Origin: Mobula hypostoma
Lineage: Eukaryota
Reading direction: 5' to 3'
Assembly: GCF_963921235.1 (NCBI RefSeq)
Contig: NC_086108.1
Location: forward strand, 46,192,001 to 46,256,000
Length of the DNA: 64,000 nucleotides
The notes under the pieces are model-generated. The model saw only the letters and a program-made list of their open reading frames with translations. It ran no database searches and was not told where the DNA came from. The translations under genes and the position numbers were made by a program. The first letter of the stretch is position 1. The number at the start of each line of letters is the position of its first letter. Of this stretch, positions 25,183 through 38,805 are shown one piece after another.

Positions 25183-27009
25183 CTGATTAAATAAAAGCTA
25201 AAGCTGCCCAGACATAATACTGGATGGAGGTGTAGTAAGCAACAAGCTGAAGATATGAGCAGCCTGCAGAATAGCAACATGGACAGATAGGGCCCAAACA
25301 ATACCTTTACTGGAGAAGAGGCAATGTAAACAAAATGGAGCGATTATTTAAAAAGGCTACATGAATAAAAAGAGATCCGGAAAGTTGACAAGCCAAAGAG
25401 TTGAAGCAGCATTAACATGCAAAAAAGGAGCTAAATATGTAAATACAAATACAGGAATGCAGAAAGAGCAGAGGACTGAATTAACTAGTTACTCTACCAA
25501 GGAACTGATGCAGGCACAATGAGATGCTTTTCTATGCCATATAATTCTCTGTTATAATTTACATTCCATCAACAGTCTGAATTCAGTACAATCAATCCAA
25601 CATTATTTTTAAACTGCTGGATGAAACTGGTGGAAGCAATTATCTGTTGCTGTTATCATTCTGCCAACAATATATATGGCTAATGAATGGGATCATTCAA
25701 AATGTGTTTATAGATTCAATCTTAAATCGCCTCAGAGCAATCACAGTACAGCTCTGGGAGGGATAGCCACAGGAAATGGTTATTTTGAGATAACAAGCAC
25801 TGGAATTTACTTATTCCTGCTGTGGTAATGACCATGCCAGATATAATTCCTCGTGAGCAGACTATCCAATAATATTTTGGCATTCTGTCATCCATGCAAT
25901 GCTTTTCTCCTGTTGGCAGGCCCGAATTGTTGGCTACCACAGCTCCTTTAAGCTGTGTGTATGTGTGTTAAATCTGTCACAGTATAGGGGTGAGTAGGGG
26001 CAATTATTTTCCAAGTGTAAGAATATTTGGCACCAAGAAGAAATAATTGAGGTCCACAGGCTTACATTTCAATCTCAGGCACCTCAGGCACAGATCCAAT
26101 CAGGAAGAGGAGAGGGAGCAGCAGAAGGTGGCAGTGTTCAGAAACACTAACGAGTTTCAATGGGCCAGACGGAGATCTTCAGCAAAATGGACAATAGACG
26201 TCTCAAAGCAGCAGGCCACTTAAGAACATAAGAAAAAGCAGCACAGGAGGTCATTAGATCCTCTGAGCTGTTCAGTAAGTTTGTAGCTAATCTATCATTT
26301 CAGCATCATTTTTCTCCATTTCCCTACGACTTCTGATTCCCTTAATGCCCAAAAATCTTAGGATACAGTAGTGATGACTATGCAATAAGATTTTCAAATT
26401 AAAGATAGCGAGACAATCCAGGTCAGTAAAGATAGAGTGGAAAGTGCCTAGAACTTGATGCAGAATGGGATACAAGCAGTGAGGTTTGTAATGAACTGAG
26501 AAGGCTGAGAGCTAGTGAGGCATACAGAGTAATTGAATTATAATGTTCAATTTCATATTCTCTGAACCAGGAGGACAGACTGTTTCTGTAATGAATTATC
26601 TTTGAAAAGTGTCACACATAGCACTGGGTAAAACAAATCCCAAGAGCTCCAATTTGAAATACACTAATTGACAACTGGAATAATATTCCTGCAGCAAAAT
26701 CAAAGATGGAATACATATAATATTTTGTTCTGCTTCAAACAACACTGTGAAATGAAGTAAGCTGGGAATTCCAATGTAAAGAAGCCTAAATACTAGAGAT
26801 GCATAGAAAATAAATATCAAAAAAAGGCAGATCCTATCCTTAGGGTAGCTAAATTGGCCAAAGTCAGCCAGGAAAGCAATGAATGGGATTTCAGCTAACT
26901 TATAAATTAATGTTAGTGCCAGATGTTGAGAGAGTTACATTAATGAGGGATTACTTGTGTAAGCTACATTGGGATAAACAAAAACCCGGTGACCAATCAG
27001 CATTAGGAG

Positions 27010-28175
27010 TGAGACTGAAAATCTGGCTGAGTGGTGCCACATCAACAATCTCTCACAGCAAGACCAAGGAGATGATTACTGACTTCAGGAGGAGGAAACC
27101 AGAGGTCCATGAGACAGTCCTCATTAGGGAGTCAGAAGTGGAGAGAGTCAACAATACTTCGGTGCTATCATTTCAGAGGACCTGTCCTAGACCCAGCACA
27201 TATGTGCGATTACGAAGAAAGCACGGCAGCACCTCTACTTCCATAGAAGTATGGGAAGATTTGGTATGGCATCTAAATCTTGGAGAAACTTCTATAGATG
27301 TGTCGTAGAGAGTATATTGACTGGCTGCATCACAGCAATGCTCTTGAACAGAAAATCCCACCAAGAGAAGTGGATACGGCCCATTCTATCATGCATAAAG
27401 CTATGTTCACCATTGAGCACATCTGTATAGAACTCGGTCACAAGAAAGCAGCATCCATCATTGAATTGAATTGACTGTGATTCTTACATCCTTCACGTAC
27501 ATGAGGAGTAAAAATCTTTACGTTACGTCTCCGTCTAAATGTGCAATGTGCAATCATAGTAATTTATAATAAATAGAACAGTCAATGTAACATAGAAATA
27601 CACTCAGATCAGCGTGAATTAATCAGGCTGATGGCCTGGTGGAAGAAGCTGTCCCGGCCCTGGCTTTTATGCTGTGGTACCATTTTCCAGATGGTAGCAG
27701 CTGGAATAGATTGTGGTTGTGGTGACTCGGGTTTCCAATGATCCTTCAGGCCCCCACCACCCAGGGCATACGGTCATCTTGCTAATGTCATCAAGAAGGT
27801 GGTACAAGAGCCTCAGGACTCACACCACCAAGTTCAGGAACAGTTATTACGCTTCAACCATCAGGCTCATGAATCCGAGGTGATAACTTCACTGAATTTC
27901 ACTTGCCCCATTATTGAACTGCTCCCACAAGCTGTGGACTCACTCTTAAGGACTCATCTCATGTTCTCGATATTTATTGCTTATTTATTTATTATTATTA
28001 CTTTTTTTCCTTTTGTATTTGCAGTTTGTAGTTATTTGCACATTGGTTGTCTGCCTGTTTTGTGCAATCTTTCATTGATTCTATTATGGTTCTTGGATCT
28101 ACTGGGTATGCCTGCAGGGGAATAAATCTTAGCGTTCAATATGTGCTAGATAACAAATTTACTTTGAACTTTGAA
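27010..28175 (+). mobile_element. Rex1-type LINE 3' part with a nested antisense LINE tail (~27460-27750)
   Basis: SKTKEMITDFRR and ESILTGCIT motifs, (ctttgaa)n tail, and an internal (attga)n tail of a second element. Confidence 0.82.
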
Positions 28176-28329
28176 ATTTTGAGCTTTGTATTGAATGTTT
28201 TAATTAGTGTTGAAGGGCAAAGAATCCTTGTATACCCCCAGCTGAGAAATGAAAATTCAAGGTAAAGTGAAATTTAAATAGCTCAGTAGGGATGCCCAAT
28301 CTGAAACAAATCCCGAAATATAAGTAAGA

Positions 28330-29270
28330 CTGCGATCAAAATAACTAGACAATTATTAGAAGACAGATAACTAAAGGTGGTATTAGCCATACCATGTGAA
28401 ATTCAAGAGAAGAACAGCGAACAATTGCAAGAGAAAGCATAGGACTCTTTTTCAATTATGTCATATAGCACATTGATGATTTGTAGAATTCGAAAATGAT
28501 GACGATCAAAAATAAAGACTTTACTGAACGGCTAAGTATAATACCTGGAACACTTCTTATTCTTGAAATTGAGGTCAGAGTTCCAATATCATGTAATTGG
28601 CATGTGTTTACTTTGACTTACCTGAAGTAACTTCATGCTTTTTAGGATCGCTTCACACTCAGAGTGTGGAGGACTGGATGCATCTTCCTCAGAGAGCTCA
28701 AGGAAACTGTGTAAGCCACCAGCTCATTTGTTCAACAGTTTATTGAGCTCTGTTTCAGCTCCCATGAATTGGAAACCAAATCACTTTATCCCAGTGCTTT
28801 AAGAAATAAAATAAAATTGGCCTTGACGTACTTAGACCGATAACTTTATCTTCAGTAGCTGGGATATTGCTGGAAGCCTTTAAATAAGACACTCTAGATA
28901 CAGATTGTCAATTATTTGGGATATTCAGAATGACTCTTAGAAAAAGATCAGTCAAGTTTTCATTTTCTCCTAAAAATTGCTTTGACAGTTATTCAGAGTC
29001 TTGCACTGCAATGCAAGAATTATTGAAGTGATGCATTACAAGTCAGTACAGAAGAGGTGGTGGGGCAGAGTTATATCTGATCTCAAGTGAATTCATATGT
29101 AAACGATTTCTCTTAATAGACGTGCAGTTTTGTTCATTAAAACAAAGACAATTATACAGGAAAGTTTGAATGGATATAAATGAAAATAAATTTGATACTT
29201 AATCATCACTTATTAGGAAACTGTATCTCAAAGGGTCTTGGACTTTATTGGCAGATCAAGAATGTAAGAA
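28330..29270 (+). mobile_element. Ancient CR1 remnant
   Basis: Degenerate GPDxxHPRxLKE-like segment at ~28670 and downstream traces of CR1 ORF2. Confidence 0.5.
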
Positions 29271-29587
29271 GTAGAATGCAAGGAAGGCCACTCAGCCCTT
29301 TAAACCTTTTCCAGCATTCAGAAAAGTAAGAAGTCCATTTTCCTGCCTGTTTCCCACAACCCTCAGCTCCCCGGTGACCAAGAATTTGCAATATAATTTG
29401 CAGCTTGAACCTTGTATCCAGAAAATATAGTGGGTTAGTGTGTCTCCATTGGCCCTGTACACTCACTATCTTAGGCCTTCTGGACAGAAAGGAACAATAT
29501 GGTCCTAGAGGTAACTGGGATGGGCCTTTACACATCATATGCTGGAGATGGGAGCTGCCTCTTGCATCTTTCTACAATAAAACTTAC

Positions 29588-29729
29588 CGGGACAAGTAAG
29601 TGAGGTGACTGCAAATACCAAGAAGATACAGTATAGCTAGGGCTTGGCCTCAGTCCCCCGTCCCCCAATCCTCCTTGTGAAAGACAATTTCCACAGGTGC
29701 TATGGAAAAGACAATCAATTCTGCCATTT
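29588..29729 (-). other. Candidate 142-nt exon of an unidentified gene
   Basis: Long pyrimidine acceptor tttcatttttatgtatctttcaag and consensus donor CCG|gtaagt. One open frame: NGRIDCLFHSTCGNCLSQGGLGDGGLRPSPSYTVSSWYLQSPHLLVP. Confidence 0.5.
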
Positions 29730-30029
29730 CTTGAAAGATACATAAAAATGAAATTAAAATCCTAATGGTGCCATCATGCCATCTGCTGGTAACTGACAGA
29801 ATTGATCACATTAACAGCACAGTATTTTGTTATCAGAGAAAGTAAAGTTCTTGGCTTCAGGGACTGACGAGGCTGTGAGGAGCTGAGGAAATCATTCAGT
29901 GGCAAAGGATAGAGTATGGGACAGGGTGACACCATATGGAAGGTAAAGGGGTTGTGTGCAGGAGATGGAGTGAGTGAGAGCAGGCAGAGGACAAATTCAA
30001 ATTCGAGCTTGAGTACACGTACACTCACA

Positions 30030-30870
30030 AATCAGATTCAAATCACTGACATATGACGTGAGATTTATGGTTTTGTGGTAGCTGTACAATGCAAAGAGTT
30101 AAAAAATCTATAAATTATAAAAATACATAAGTAATGCAAAAAAAGAATAAAGAGATATTGTTCATGGGTTCATGAACCATTGAGAAATCTGATGGTGGAG
30201 GGCAAGGAGTTGTTCCTAAATCTTTAAGTGTCTGTATGTTTTTAGACTTTCAGATGGTAGTAACGAGAACAGGGCACGGCCGGATGGTGAGGAAGATCGT
30301 GCCCATTATAGAGCCGAGTCTATTACTCTCTGCATCCTCTTGCAGTCCTGCATTGGAGGCTCCAAACCAGGCAGTGATGCAACCAGTCAAAATGCCCTCC
30401 ACTGTATATCTGCAGAAATGTACGAGGTCCTTACCAATCTCCTCATACTCCAATTAAGTAGAGCTGCTGCTGTACCTCCTTTACAATGGCATCAATGTGC
30501 TGAGCCCGGGAAGCATCCTCGAGAGATATTGACATCCAGGAATTTGAAACTGCTCATCCTTTCCACCGCTGACACTTCAATGAAGTCCAGTCTGTTCCCC
30601 TGACTTCCCCTTCCTGAAGTGTACAATCACTTCCTTGGTCTTGCTGATATCGAATGCAAGGCTGAGTTGTAACACTGCTCAACTCGCTGATCTATCTCCT
30701 TCGGATAAGCCTTATCACCATTTAAGATTCTATCAGCAACAATGGTGTCATCGGCAAATTTGTAGATAGCGCTTGGACTGTGCCTAGTCACGTAGTCATG
30801 AGTGTAGAAAGAGTAGAGCAGAGGACCAAGCATGCATCCTTGATCATGAGGTGGAGATGTTATTACCAAT
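30030..30870 (-). mobile_element. Rex1-type LINE fragment
   Basis: QGCMLGPLLYS..YKFADDT and VEGILTGCITAWFG. Confidence 0.85.
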
Positions 30871-31334
30871 CCACATTATCCACGTGCTCTCCAAATAAGG
30901 AAAACTTACATGCAGCAGCATCATAGGCACATAAGCAGTATTCACAAGGAAAACACAAATATGCACAATTTTTACAAGAACACAATTAGAACAAAAAATA
31001 TTTTCATGCAAAGTGGTCATGGTATTGCTAAGCTTTAGTTATTAGGGCTTTGCCAGTTGGTTCAAAAATTCAATGGAATGCAGAATTATGTGGATTTGTT
31101 ATATGGACCCTTGGGAAAATAATACTGAGGTGCAGTATATAACTGTGAGTCATTTCAACAAAAATAATATTCATAATGACTTGACAGGAGCTATATTTTG
31201 CCAACCATCCTCTCCCTTTTTTCTTGCTCCTCTCTATTGGATCCACTCCAAGGCCTGGCAGCTCTTCTAGACTGTAGAAACATAGGTTATTCTGTAAGGC
31301 ATGTTTATGACTAAGTCATTCTATCTTTGAAAAT

Positions 31335-32330
31335 CCAAAGTTCAAAGTAAATTTATTATCAAACTACTTACATATATGTCACTATATACAACCCGGAGAT
31401 TAATTTTCTTGCAGGTGTTCACAGTGAATGCAAAGAAACCCAGTAGTATCAATGAAAGACCACACCCAACGAGATGGACAAACAACCAATGTGCAAAAAG
31501 ACAACAAACTCTGCAAGTACAAAAAGAAAAAAAACTATAAATAAACAATAAATATTGAGAACATAAGATGAAGAATCGTTGAAATTGAGTCTATAGGTTG
31601 TGCTCTGTTCAGAGTTGGGGTGAGTGAAGTTGAGTGAAGTTATGCCCTCTAGTTTTAAGAACCTGATGGTTGAAGGGTAATAGCTATTCCTAACTGGTGG
31701 TATGGGTCCTGAGGCTCCTGTACCTCCTTTGTGATGGCAGCAGCAAAACAAGAGCATGGCCTGGATGGTGGTGGTCTTTGACTAGGGACACTGCTTTCCT
31801 GCAACAGCCCTCCATGTAGATGTGCTCAATGGCAGAGAGGACATCACACACAATGGACTAGGTTGCAATACACTACCTTTTTGTCAGCTTTTCCATTCAA
31901 AGATATTAATGTTTTCATATCAGACCATGATGCAACCAGTCAATATACTTCCCACTGCTCATCGACAAAGTTTGTCAAAGTTTCAGATGACATGCCAAAT
32001 CTACGCAAACTTCTAAGAAAGCAGAGTGCTGCCATGCTTTCTTTATAATGACACTTAGTTGCCAGACCCAGGACAGATTCTCTGAGATGATAACATCAAG
32101 GAATTTAAAGTTGATGACTCTCAGTACTTCTGATCCCTTGATGAGGACTGGCTCATGGATTGCCAGTTTCTTCCTCCTCCTGTAGTCAATAATTAGCTCC
32201 TTGATCTTGCTGATTTTGAGTGAGAGGTTGTGGCACCAGTCAGCCAGATTATCAGTCTCCCTCCTATATGCTGATCTGTCACCATCTTTGATTTGGCCAG
32301 CGACTGTGGTGTCATCAGCAAACTTATTAA
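31335..32330 (-). mobile_element. Rex1-type LINE 3' part
   Basis: RNSYYPSTIRFL motif and a 3' UTR/tail shared with 1543-3620. Confidence 0.85.
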
Positions 32331-32919
32331 TAAGTTTTGAAGGGATAATAGTATCGAATGCTGAATATGTAAAACCTTTAGATTGGAGAGACTGTGCGAC
32401 GACCTGGGCAACCTTTCAACATGCCCATTATTCACTTTGAGACCACTGGTGAAAAACTTGACACAGTACATTTTCGCATACCAAATCATTACCTGCTCGG
32501 GTATCAAGGGCTACAGTAACAACAGGGAGTTCTCTCTGTCCAATGCCAGTTCAAATACTTGTCTTTCTAATAAAAAGACAATGGAGGAAAGGCTGGTTTT
32601 CATGATAGGCTGAGCTGTGTCCACAACTCCCTATAGGTTCTTGTGGTCACGTGCAGGACCCTTGGCATACGATGTATCCAGAAGGGATGCTTTCCATGAT
32701 GCAATGATAAAAACTGGTAAGGGTCAATAGGGACATGCCAAATTACTTTAGTCTCCAGAGGCATTGGCGAGCTTTCTTGATACACTTTTGCTACCAGGGA
32801 GGCTCACACGTGGTCCTGTTGCTTTTACAGCACTTACAGGAAGTTTGCAATTTCCAGCCCAAGCTGGAAGAATTTAGCAGCATATGTGGAAAGAAATGGA
32901 CATGTTGGGTCAGACCATT

Positions 32920-33310
32920 CATCTGGATTGAAGGAGTATAAAAAGGTGGAAGGAAGGCGGGGGAGCAAGAGCTGGCCGGTGATAGGTACTGCAGGTCAAG
33001 GTGAAGGGGTGATAAGTGGATGAAAGAGGGAAGAGAGTGGATATGTTGTCAGAAGCTGGGCGGTGATAGGTGGAAGTGTTCAGGGGCTGAAGATGATGGA
33101 GTCTGAGAAGGCTGGAGCATAGTGTAAAGGCAGAGGGGAACCAGTGCAAAGAGTATGTGGGTGATAGGCAGATGGAGGAGGTGGGGAAGGAGAATGGGGG
33201 GGCAGCTGGATCATGAGGAGAGCAAAAAGAAAAAGAAGGGAAAAGGGACAGTAGGGCTGCCAGTAGTTTGAAAATTCAAAGTTCATGCTGCAGGTTTGGA
33301 GACATTCCAG
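32920..33310 (-). mobile_element. Penelope-like element 3' remnant
   Basis: QPxxMNFEFSN C-terminus followed by a pyrimidine-rich 3' region. Confidence 0.65.
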
Positions 33311-34631
33311 CCCAAGATGTTTTTCATTAGTACACCCTCCTTCCCATTTTCAACTGTCAGGAAACTCCTTGAATTTTAGTGACAGATTTTTATTCTATTT
33401 AATGTTGTTTCTCATTTCCTGCTTTAGAAATGAAAAGTCCAATTATAAATATCACTTGAGATCTGAGCTTAAACTAGAATCCAATAAGTGGTTTTGACTT
33501 TACTCACTAGAAAAGCTAAATATAATAATAATGAAAGATTACTTTCAGTGAAAATGTGTAATCTTATCTTCCCTTTGGCAGGAACCTATGTTTTTTTTTT
33601 GCTTTGGTTTTGAGAGAGTTTATGAATTTTCTCTTCTGAAAACCTTTTGAACTACAGTCTTTACTGGCTAGAATGTATTATGTATCAAAAGTTTCCATAA
33701 TTTTGCTCACATTCTATGATAGCTAATGTGTCCTTCAGAAAAAAAATGCTTTTCTTTTGGCCCGTGTAATAGTCAAGCAGATTTCAAAACAGAATATACC
33801 AAGTTAAATATACTGTACCTGAAAGTTGAACAAACAGATATAGAAATAATGTGGCAAGGGGATTGAGAAATGTTTCACCAGCTGATGATAAATCTGGGAA
33901 GGTGGAATTGCTTAAATATGTTACAAAAATTTAAAAAGGGTATAGGGATGTAGACTGAGTCATCAGGTGACATTGCATAAAATAGGCTATTTGACGCACT
34001 GAGTCTGCACTTACCCCAAAACACCCATTTACATTAATCCTATGTAATTCTCCACAAATTCCTTTCAGTTCTTCCTAAATTCTACCAAACACCTGCAGAC
34101 TCAGACGTTTCACAGTGGCCATTTAAACTACCAACTCATCTCATCGGAATACTTTGAGCACCGGGAAGAAAATAATGCCGTTATCGGGAAAAAATACAAA
34201 TTTCACTCAGCACTGGAGTCACTATGTCGCTCTTAAGCAAATCCTTAGGTGGCACGACCAATATTTGCTTAATTTCATTCCTGTGATACCTTTGGGACCT
34301 ATTATATAAGTGCATCTTAGCTTGGTTTGACAACTGCTCTGTGCTATGCAGACAAAACCAGCAGTAAGTGGTAAGCACCACTCAGTCCATCAAAGGCTCA
34401 TCAATTCCTTGCATCCAGACCATTTACATATTACACTGCCTCAGCAAGTCTAATATTATTATCAAGAGTACCCGCCACTCTGACCATTCCTTTCTTTTCT
34501 TCTGTCTTCTAGGAAAAGATACGGAATCTCAAAAACCTGGACTTAACAACAGCTTTGACCACACCACTGCAGCACACACAAAATGCTGGAGGAACTCAGC
34601 AGGCCAGGCAGCATCTATGGAAAAGAGTAAA

Positions 34632-34669
34632 GAGTTGACATTTTGGGCTGAGTCCCCTCATCAGGACTG
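34632..34669 (-). ncRNA. Degenerate minimal hammerhead ribozyme motif of the Penelope terminus
   Basis: Minus strand reads cagtc-CTGATGA-ggggactcagccc-AAAA-tgtc-aactc. Core CUGAUGA and stem II are present; GAAA is mutated in a pattern consistent with CpG decay. Confidence 0.6.
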
Positions 34670-35379
34670 GAAAGAAAGGTGAGAAGTCAGACCAAGAATC
34701 TGGGGCAGGCAATGGAAGAAGTACAAGGTGGTACGTGATAGGTGAAAACGGGAGATGGGGAGGGGGTGAAGTAAAGAGCTGGGAAGTTGTTTGGTGAAAG
34801 AGATACAGTGCTGGAGGAGTGGGAATCTGACAGAAGAGGACAAAAGGCCATGGAAGAAAGGGAAGGTGGAGGAGCACCAGAGGGATATGATAGGCAGGTC
34901 AGGAGAAAAAGTGAGGGAGGGAAACAGGAACGAGAATGGTGAAGGAGGGGGGGCAATACTGGAAGTTCAAGAAATCGATGTTCGTGCTATCAGGTTGGAG
35001 GCTACCCAGAGAGAAGGTAAGGTGTTGTTCCTCCATCCTGAGTGTGGTCTCATTGCGGCAGTAGAGAGGCCATGGACTGACATGTCAGCATGGATATGGG
35101 AAGTAGAATTGAAATGGTGGCTACCAGGAGAACCTGCTTTTTCTGGTGGACAGAGTGTAGGTGCTCAACAAAGCGGTCTCTCATCCACGTCAGGTTTTAC
35201 TGATATCCAGGAGGCCACACCAGGAGTATCAGATACAGAGATAACCCCAACAGACTCACAAGTGAAGTGTCACCTCACCTGGAAGGACTGTTTGAGGTGC
35301 TGAATGGTGTAGGGATAGGTGTGGCACTTGTTCTGCTTGCAAAGGTAAGTGCCAAGAGGAGGATCAGTGGGGAGGGAAG

Positions 35380-35608
35380 AGCATTTAAGGCAGAGATAAG
35401 GAAGTGTAAAGAGGTGTATTTAAGGCAGAGATAGTGTATTTAAGGCAGAAGTTGATAGGTATCTGAGTAGCCAGGGCATTAAAGGTTATGGTGAGAAGGC
35501 GGGGGAGTGGGACTAAATGGGAGAATGGATCAGCTCATGATAAAATGGCGGAGCAGACACGATGGGCCGAATGGCTGACTTCTGCTCCTTTGTCTTATGG
35601 TCTTATAG
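35380..35608 (+). mobile_element. Short CR1 3' tail nested in the Penelope-like element
   Basis: tttaaggcagaagttgatagg..gatcagctcatg..gggccgaatggctgacttctgctcct..tcttatggtctta. Confidence 0.85.
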
Positions 35609-37621
35609 TCTAGCAGACAAGGAATTCGCATGGGGAGTGATCCCTGTGGAAAGCAGACAGTGGTGGGGGAGGGGGAGGGAAAGATGTGCTTGGTGGTGGT
35701 ATCCCGTTAGAGATGGTGGAAGTTACAGAGAATTATGTGCTGGACGCGGAGGCTAGTGTGGTGGTAGGTGAGGACAAGAGGAATCCTATTCCTGGTGTGG
35801 GAATGGAAGGAGGGGGTGAGGGCAGATGTGTGTGAAATGGGAGAGATGCAGTTGAGGGCAGCATTGATGGTGGAAGAAGGAAAGCCCTTTCTTGGGAGAT
35901 GGATGACATCTCATTAGTTCTGGAATGAAAAATTTCATTGTCAGAGTGTATGCAGTGGAGACGGAGGAACTGAGAGAAACGGATGGCATTTTTACAAGTG
36001 ACACAGTGGGAAGAGGTATCATCCAGGTAGCTGCGAGAATCAGTGGATGTATAAAAGTTATCAGTAGATAGACTGTCTCTAAAAGTAGAGACAGAGAGAT
36101 TGAGAAAGGGGAGGGAGGTTTTGGAAATGGACCAAGTAAATTTGAGGACAGGATGGAAGTTGGACACAAAGTTAATGAAGTCGACAGGCTCTGCATGGTT
36201 GCAGGAAGCAGCAGCAATACAGTCATCAGTACTGTACCCCTTTCCTGTCTTCCATGGTCTTCTCCCCTCTCTTATCAGATTCCCCCTCCTTCAGCTCTTT
36301 ATCTCTTTCACCAATCAAATTCTGAGCTCTTTACTTCACACCCCTCCCCATCTCCTGGTTTCACCAATCACCTACCACCTTGTACTTCTTCCTCCCCTTC
36401 CCCCACCTTCTTACTCCAACTTCTCATCTTTTTTTTCCTCAGTCCTGATGAAGGATATCAGCCCAAAATATCATCAATAGTCGTTTCCATAGATGCTGCC
36501 TGGACTGCTGAGTTCCTTCAGCGTTTTGTGTGCATTGCTTTGGATTTCCAGCATCGGCAGATATTCTCATGTTTGTTATTCTACCCCACCACTATCAGAC
36601 ATCTAAACCAAATGCCTCTTTTTCATTCCTTTCATAGTGATGCTGCCACACTGTCAGGATTACTTTGTCATTAATTAGAAGCAACTAGCTTTTCCCTTTT
36701 GCTTTGACCACACCACCCATCCTGTCCTGCTCCCAACCCAGATCCATCACCTTCCCCATTAGCCCAATGCCTAATCTCCACTCTGGGTTCAGCTTGATTG
36801 TGCGTCCGTCTCCACCTTCACTCAATTGTGTATGTCTAATTGCCATTTTTGATTGGTTTATTATTGTCATGTTCTCAGAAACAGTGATACATTTTTGTGT
36901 GCCTGCCAACCAAGTAGATCATGCCATACACAAGTACATCGAAGGGGTAAAAAGAAAACAGGTTAAAATGTTACAGTTACAGAAAAAATGCAGTGCAGAC
37001 AAACAAGTATACTAACTCTGAAAACATTGCTGCTGAAACCAAAAGAAAAAAAAATTGTGGAGTTTTTGTATAATTCTGGTCCTTCATGGAATTGGTTAGG
37101 ACCAACCTCTCAAAGTGTGCAGAATGAGCCATGAAAGGAATCAATAGTTTTTTTTTAAATTAACACATGACAAACACTTGCAAAACAAACACTCATAGCC
37201 TAAAACCTATATATGTAACTGATGTAAATAAAGTATGATTGAGAGTTTTTGTGCTTTTTGGACAAATGTTTTTGGACTAGAATTTGCTGGGCCAGGGGCA
37301 AGCCACCTAAACTCACTGCTGACCCACCAAAAGTTTACCTTTTGCTGATCCACTGACATCAACTTTCTGCACTAAGCTGCTTCAGTTTTAAATTCTGAAG
37401 TTCAGCACTGCAGCAGAATGTGGTCACACGTTGGGCTTGTGCAAGCCTATCCTACAGTAAAACCTGAATAACTTTGACAGCTGATTGAACCATTTCTCCC
37501 AACATTTGGAAACATTTAGAAAAATACTCAAAATCAATGTAATAGTTTTTTGAAAAGATACACAAAATTAAAACACATAAAAACTAAAAAACAACTACAG
37601 ACATATAACTCTACATTAATT

Positions 37622-37920
37622 GTACACTCAGTAGCCACTTTATTAGGTGCAGAGATGCTCTTCTGTATACAACTGTTTTTTGGTAATTTGAGTTACTGTC
37701 ATTGTCCTGTCAGCTTGAACTGGTCTGGTCATTCTCCTCTGACTTCTCATTAATAGGGTATTTTCACCCACAGTACTGCAACTCAAAGGATGTTCTTTTT
37801 GGTTTTTACACCATTCTTCGTAAACTCTAGAGACTTGTACGTGAAAATCGCAGGAGATCAACAGTTTCTAAGATACTCAAACCACCTTGTCTGACACCAA
37901 CAGTCAAAGTCACTTAGATC
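37622..37920 (-). mobile_element. Tc1-derived MITE fragment
   Basis: tacactcagtagccactttattagg terminus and an internal sequence matching 40140-40568 in reverse. Confidence 0.75.
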
Positions 37921-38805
37921 ATTTCTAAGAGATCCTAGAATTTCTTAGTGAAATGATCACATTTCTTCTCCATTCTGTGTCAAAGCACTCACTGCAGTTT
38001 TTAAAAAATCTGCTCTTGTACCTGATGAAAAACAGTGAAATTTTGTACAATTGTTGAGAAAGTGCAATTTAAAATGAAGGATATTCTGTAACATGGCCTT
38101 AAATATTCTAGCTAAGGATGCAGTTGACAAGAAATAGGCTAGTGCTTTAAAGTGCAATTAGATGAGAATGTGAATTGTTATTTTGATTTCACAAATCATT
38201 ATGACCATTTTATGAATAGATTATATAAATGAAGTTAATATTAATAAAATAAAGTGAAAGCATGAAGAGCAGAAATGGGTACAATTCAACTAACTTTAAT
38301 AATGAAAAATAGATAAAGTGGTCTGTCTGCCAATAGCTAAGAGCTACTTCACTAGAGACACTGAAGCAAATTCAATATATAATTCATCTCTCGCCGGAAG
38401 AAAATCAGAGAAATCTCTTCCTACAAGCATTAGAGCTTTCTAATATTCTACTACCACTCGTATAGCTGGGGGCAATTAAAAAATATCAGAGACATCACAG
38501 ATTCCTCTTTTGTTTTTTTTAAGAATCAGGGATAAATGTCATCCAGTCCAGGCAATAAATCCATTTCCAAAGGTAATAACCATCCTCTTTAACTGTATTT
38601 ATCCCATCTAATATTTCACTTGTCTTATTTAACTACATCAATGGCCTCAACCCCTTCTTTTAAGAAGCAAGTCTCAAAATATTCATTAAGTTTCCTAAGC
38701 AGATCCTCTGTCTTCATAAGCGACTTAGCTTGTATTGCCTCTGAAAGGCCTTACGCATTCTTGGTTATCCTTTGCACTTAATGTAATAAATGTATTTGGA
38801 TATTC

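Larger units (their letters stand above)
34572..36575 (-). mobile_element. Penelope-like retroelement with inverted terminal duplication
   Basis: NFHPVLKFTWSIS..LPFLNLSV..FSQFLRL RT/thumb motifs on the minus strand; terminal region repeated in opposite orientation at ~36235-36575. Confidence 0.88.

Noticed and set aside
34791..35303. 170-aa plus-strand ORF
   Set aside because: Antisense shadow of the Penelope-like element.
37340..37452. Minus-strand segment ending ATG..AAG|gtaaac
   Set aside because: Weak splice signals, stops in all frames upstream, and nothing recognisable.
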